From: Azolla caroliniana
Lineage: Eukaryota > Plantae > Polypodiophyta
DNA length: 64,000 nt
NCBI GenBank assembly: GCA_043228905.1
Contig: JBHGNT010000016.1
Span: 12,834,001 to 12,898,000, forward strand
Direction: 5' to 3'
The notes under the pieces: generated by a model
Databases searched by the model: none
What the model was told of the DNA's origin: nothing
What the model saw: the letters and a program-made list of their open reading frames with translations, nothing else
Shown: positions 62,561 to 64,000 of the stretch, piece after piece
Layout of the letters: the number at the start of each line of letters is the position of its first letter
Numbering within the stretch: the first letter of the stretch is position 1
Position numbers and translations under genes: made by a program

Positions 62561-63545
62561 TACATACCATTTAGATTGAAAAAGATATGATGAATGGAAG
62601 CAAGAAATGAAGAATTATTTTTGCTTTGCTTAATATATGTGCATGACTTCCTATAGGCTTAACTTATTACTTGAATATATCGACAAAATTACAAACAGCC
62701 AATCGTGCAAAGAACAATAGCTATGATTCTAGTCATTCTAAATAACACTTCTCTTGTCCAAACGAACACTAAAACTAGTTTTCTTAAGACCACCACCGTC
62801 TTTGAGTGATAACATCTCTCTTTCGCTCTCTCTCTCTCTCTCTCTCTGTCAGCAAGAAATGAAGAATTGTTTTTGATATGCTTAATATATGTGCAAGACT
62901 TGCAGTTAGCTAAACTTAATAGTTGACTACAACGAGATCATTACAATCAAGCAACCGTGCAAAGAACAATAGCTATGATTCTAGTCAGTCTAAATAGAAC
63001 TTCTCTTGTCAAAATTTAGACTATAACCGGACACCTCTAATGTATTATAGTACCATGAAAACCAAGGACACCATGTAAACATATCGACAATGTCTATTTA
63101 TCTATCTTAATTAATCGTGGTACAATAACGATTGAAGAATAGAGTGTTCTTAGATTAGTTTCCACATATTATTTATTCGTAAAAGAATAGTTCACAACAT
63201 GCAAATAAACCATGTCACAACTACATGGGCATCATGAGTTTCAATGTATCCCATGTGGTTGTGGCATTTAGGTGAAACATGTCTCTCGAAAGAAATAGCA
63301 CTGATTGACACAAGAAATCAATACGGCGATTTTCTTGGCTTAAGGTACATGCATCTGTTCCACTTAGTTTCACTCAATATATTCCAATTCTATAGTGATA
63401 TATACCAATTCTTCTGCTCATTCTATATACCAGTTTTTGTTGTCCAAACCTGGACTCGAACAAAAGACTGTGTAAAGAACAACAGTGCAACAAACAATAG
63501 TTATGATTCTAGTCAGTCTAAATAGCACGTGTCTTGTGCAAATGT

Positions 63546-64000
63546 TATTCTCTCTCTATCTCTCCCGCGCATATTCTTTGTGTATTGAGCTTCTCCATTA
63601 AACCTTCTCTCATTTTCTGTTGCCATCCGGCTGAGCCGGTTTGTCAAACGCTTCCGCACGTTTACTTTGACATGGTATCAAAGTGCGAGGGTTAAGAACC
63701 TTTGCATTCGACAAACGCTTTTGAAGCCAAACCCTGATACCCAGTAAGGACAAACATAGAAAGATATGCACAGAGGTATGATGAGTTCACATTCCAAAGA
63801 GAAGCCCGACCGGAGCAACTATGCGTCTTGGTCATATAAAATACACCTGTACCTGTTGGGGCATGGATATTGGAGCTATGTGGAAGGAACCAACGAGGTA
63901 GCATAGGAGCCAGCACACAAAGACTTCCCGTCATGGGAGCAAGGAGCGAGTCGAGTATTGTATTATCTCGCGTTCGGTGTGCACGATCAGATGCTCAGCT
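63546..64000 (+). mobile_element. Start of another copia element related to 4251-9455 (LTR 3' end, PBS, gag start), running off the window
   Basis: ...TGACA followed by TGGTATCAAAGTGCGAGGG at 63673; downstream YLLGHGYWSYVEG..AHKDFPSWEQGASRVLYYL matches the gag at 4821. Confidence 0.85.

Larger units (their letters stand above)
46638..63545 (-). repeat. tRNA-Val higher-order repeat array, block 3 (about 55-57 units, ~1.8 kb period)
   Basis: AAC-class units recur at about 47742, 49456, 50395, 50725, 52217, 53187, 54948, 56773, 58182, 59839 and 61253; complete six-unit periods include 53187-54947 and 54948-56772. Confidence 0.95.

Noticed and set aside
46638-63545. CRISPR-like array (conserved ~74 bp repeat with spacers)
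   Set aside because: The repeats fold as tRNAs, the spacers are 120-340 bp and themselves repeated, there are no cas genes, and the context is eukaryotic.
46638-63545. Independent insertions of a tRNA-derived SINE
   Set aside because: All copies share one orientation and a fixed cyclic order with class-specific spacers and no TSDs, which fits tandem amplification. A retroposed founder is not excluded.

Overview
This is AT-rich, gene-free eukaryotic heterochromatin. It looks like a land plant, and the retroelement lineages suggest a bryophyte or other non-seed plant (inference). The backbone is a minus-strand tandem array of about 70 tRNA-Val genes and pseudogenes (manual count) in three blocks: 1-953, ~15465-18570 and ~46638-63545. 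The array is a ~1.8 kb six-tRNA higher-order repeat with a fixed anticodon order AAC, CAC, AAC(degenerate), TCC, TAC, TAC on one shared tRNA body; one copy (50395-50468) looks fully intact. Two islands of nested transposons interrupt it: Ty1/copia elements (iMet PBS, 5-bp TSDs), a Ty3/gypsy lineage (TGTCGT...ACGACA termini, tRNA-Trp PBS, 4-bp TSDs all centred on CG), a decayed MULE transposase and a Mutator-type MITE. A 3.5 kb gag-only LTR element (11008-14480) holds the only long intact ORF, and its two strongly diverged LTRs both keep a tRNA-type A-box/B-box cassette. No host protein-coding gene is supported. All coordinates were read by eye; fragment boundaries are approximate.
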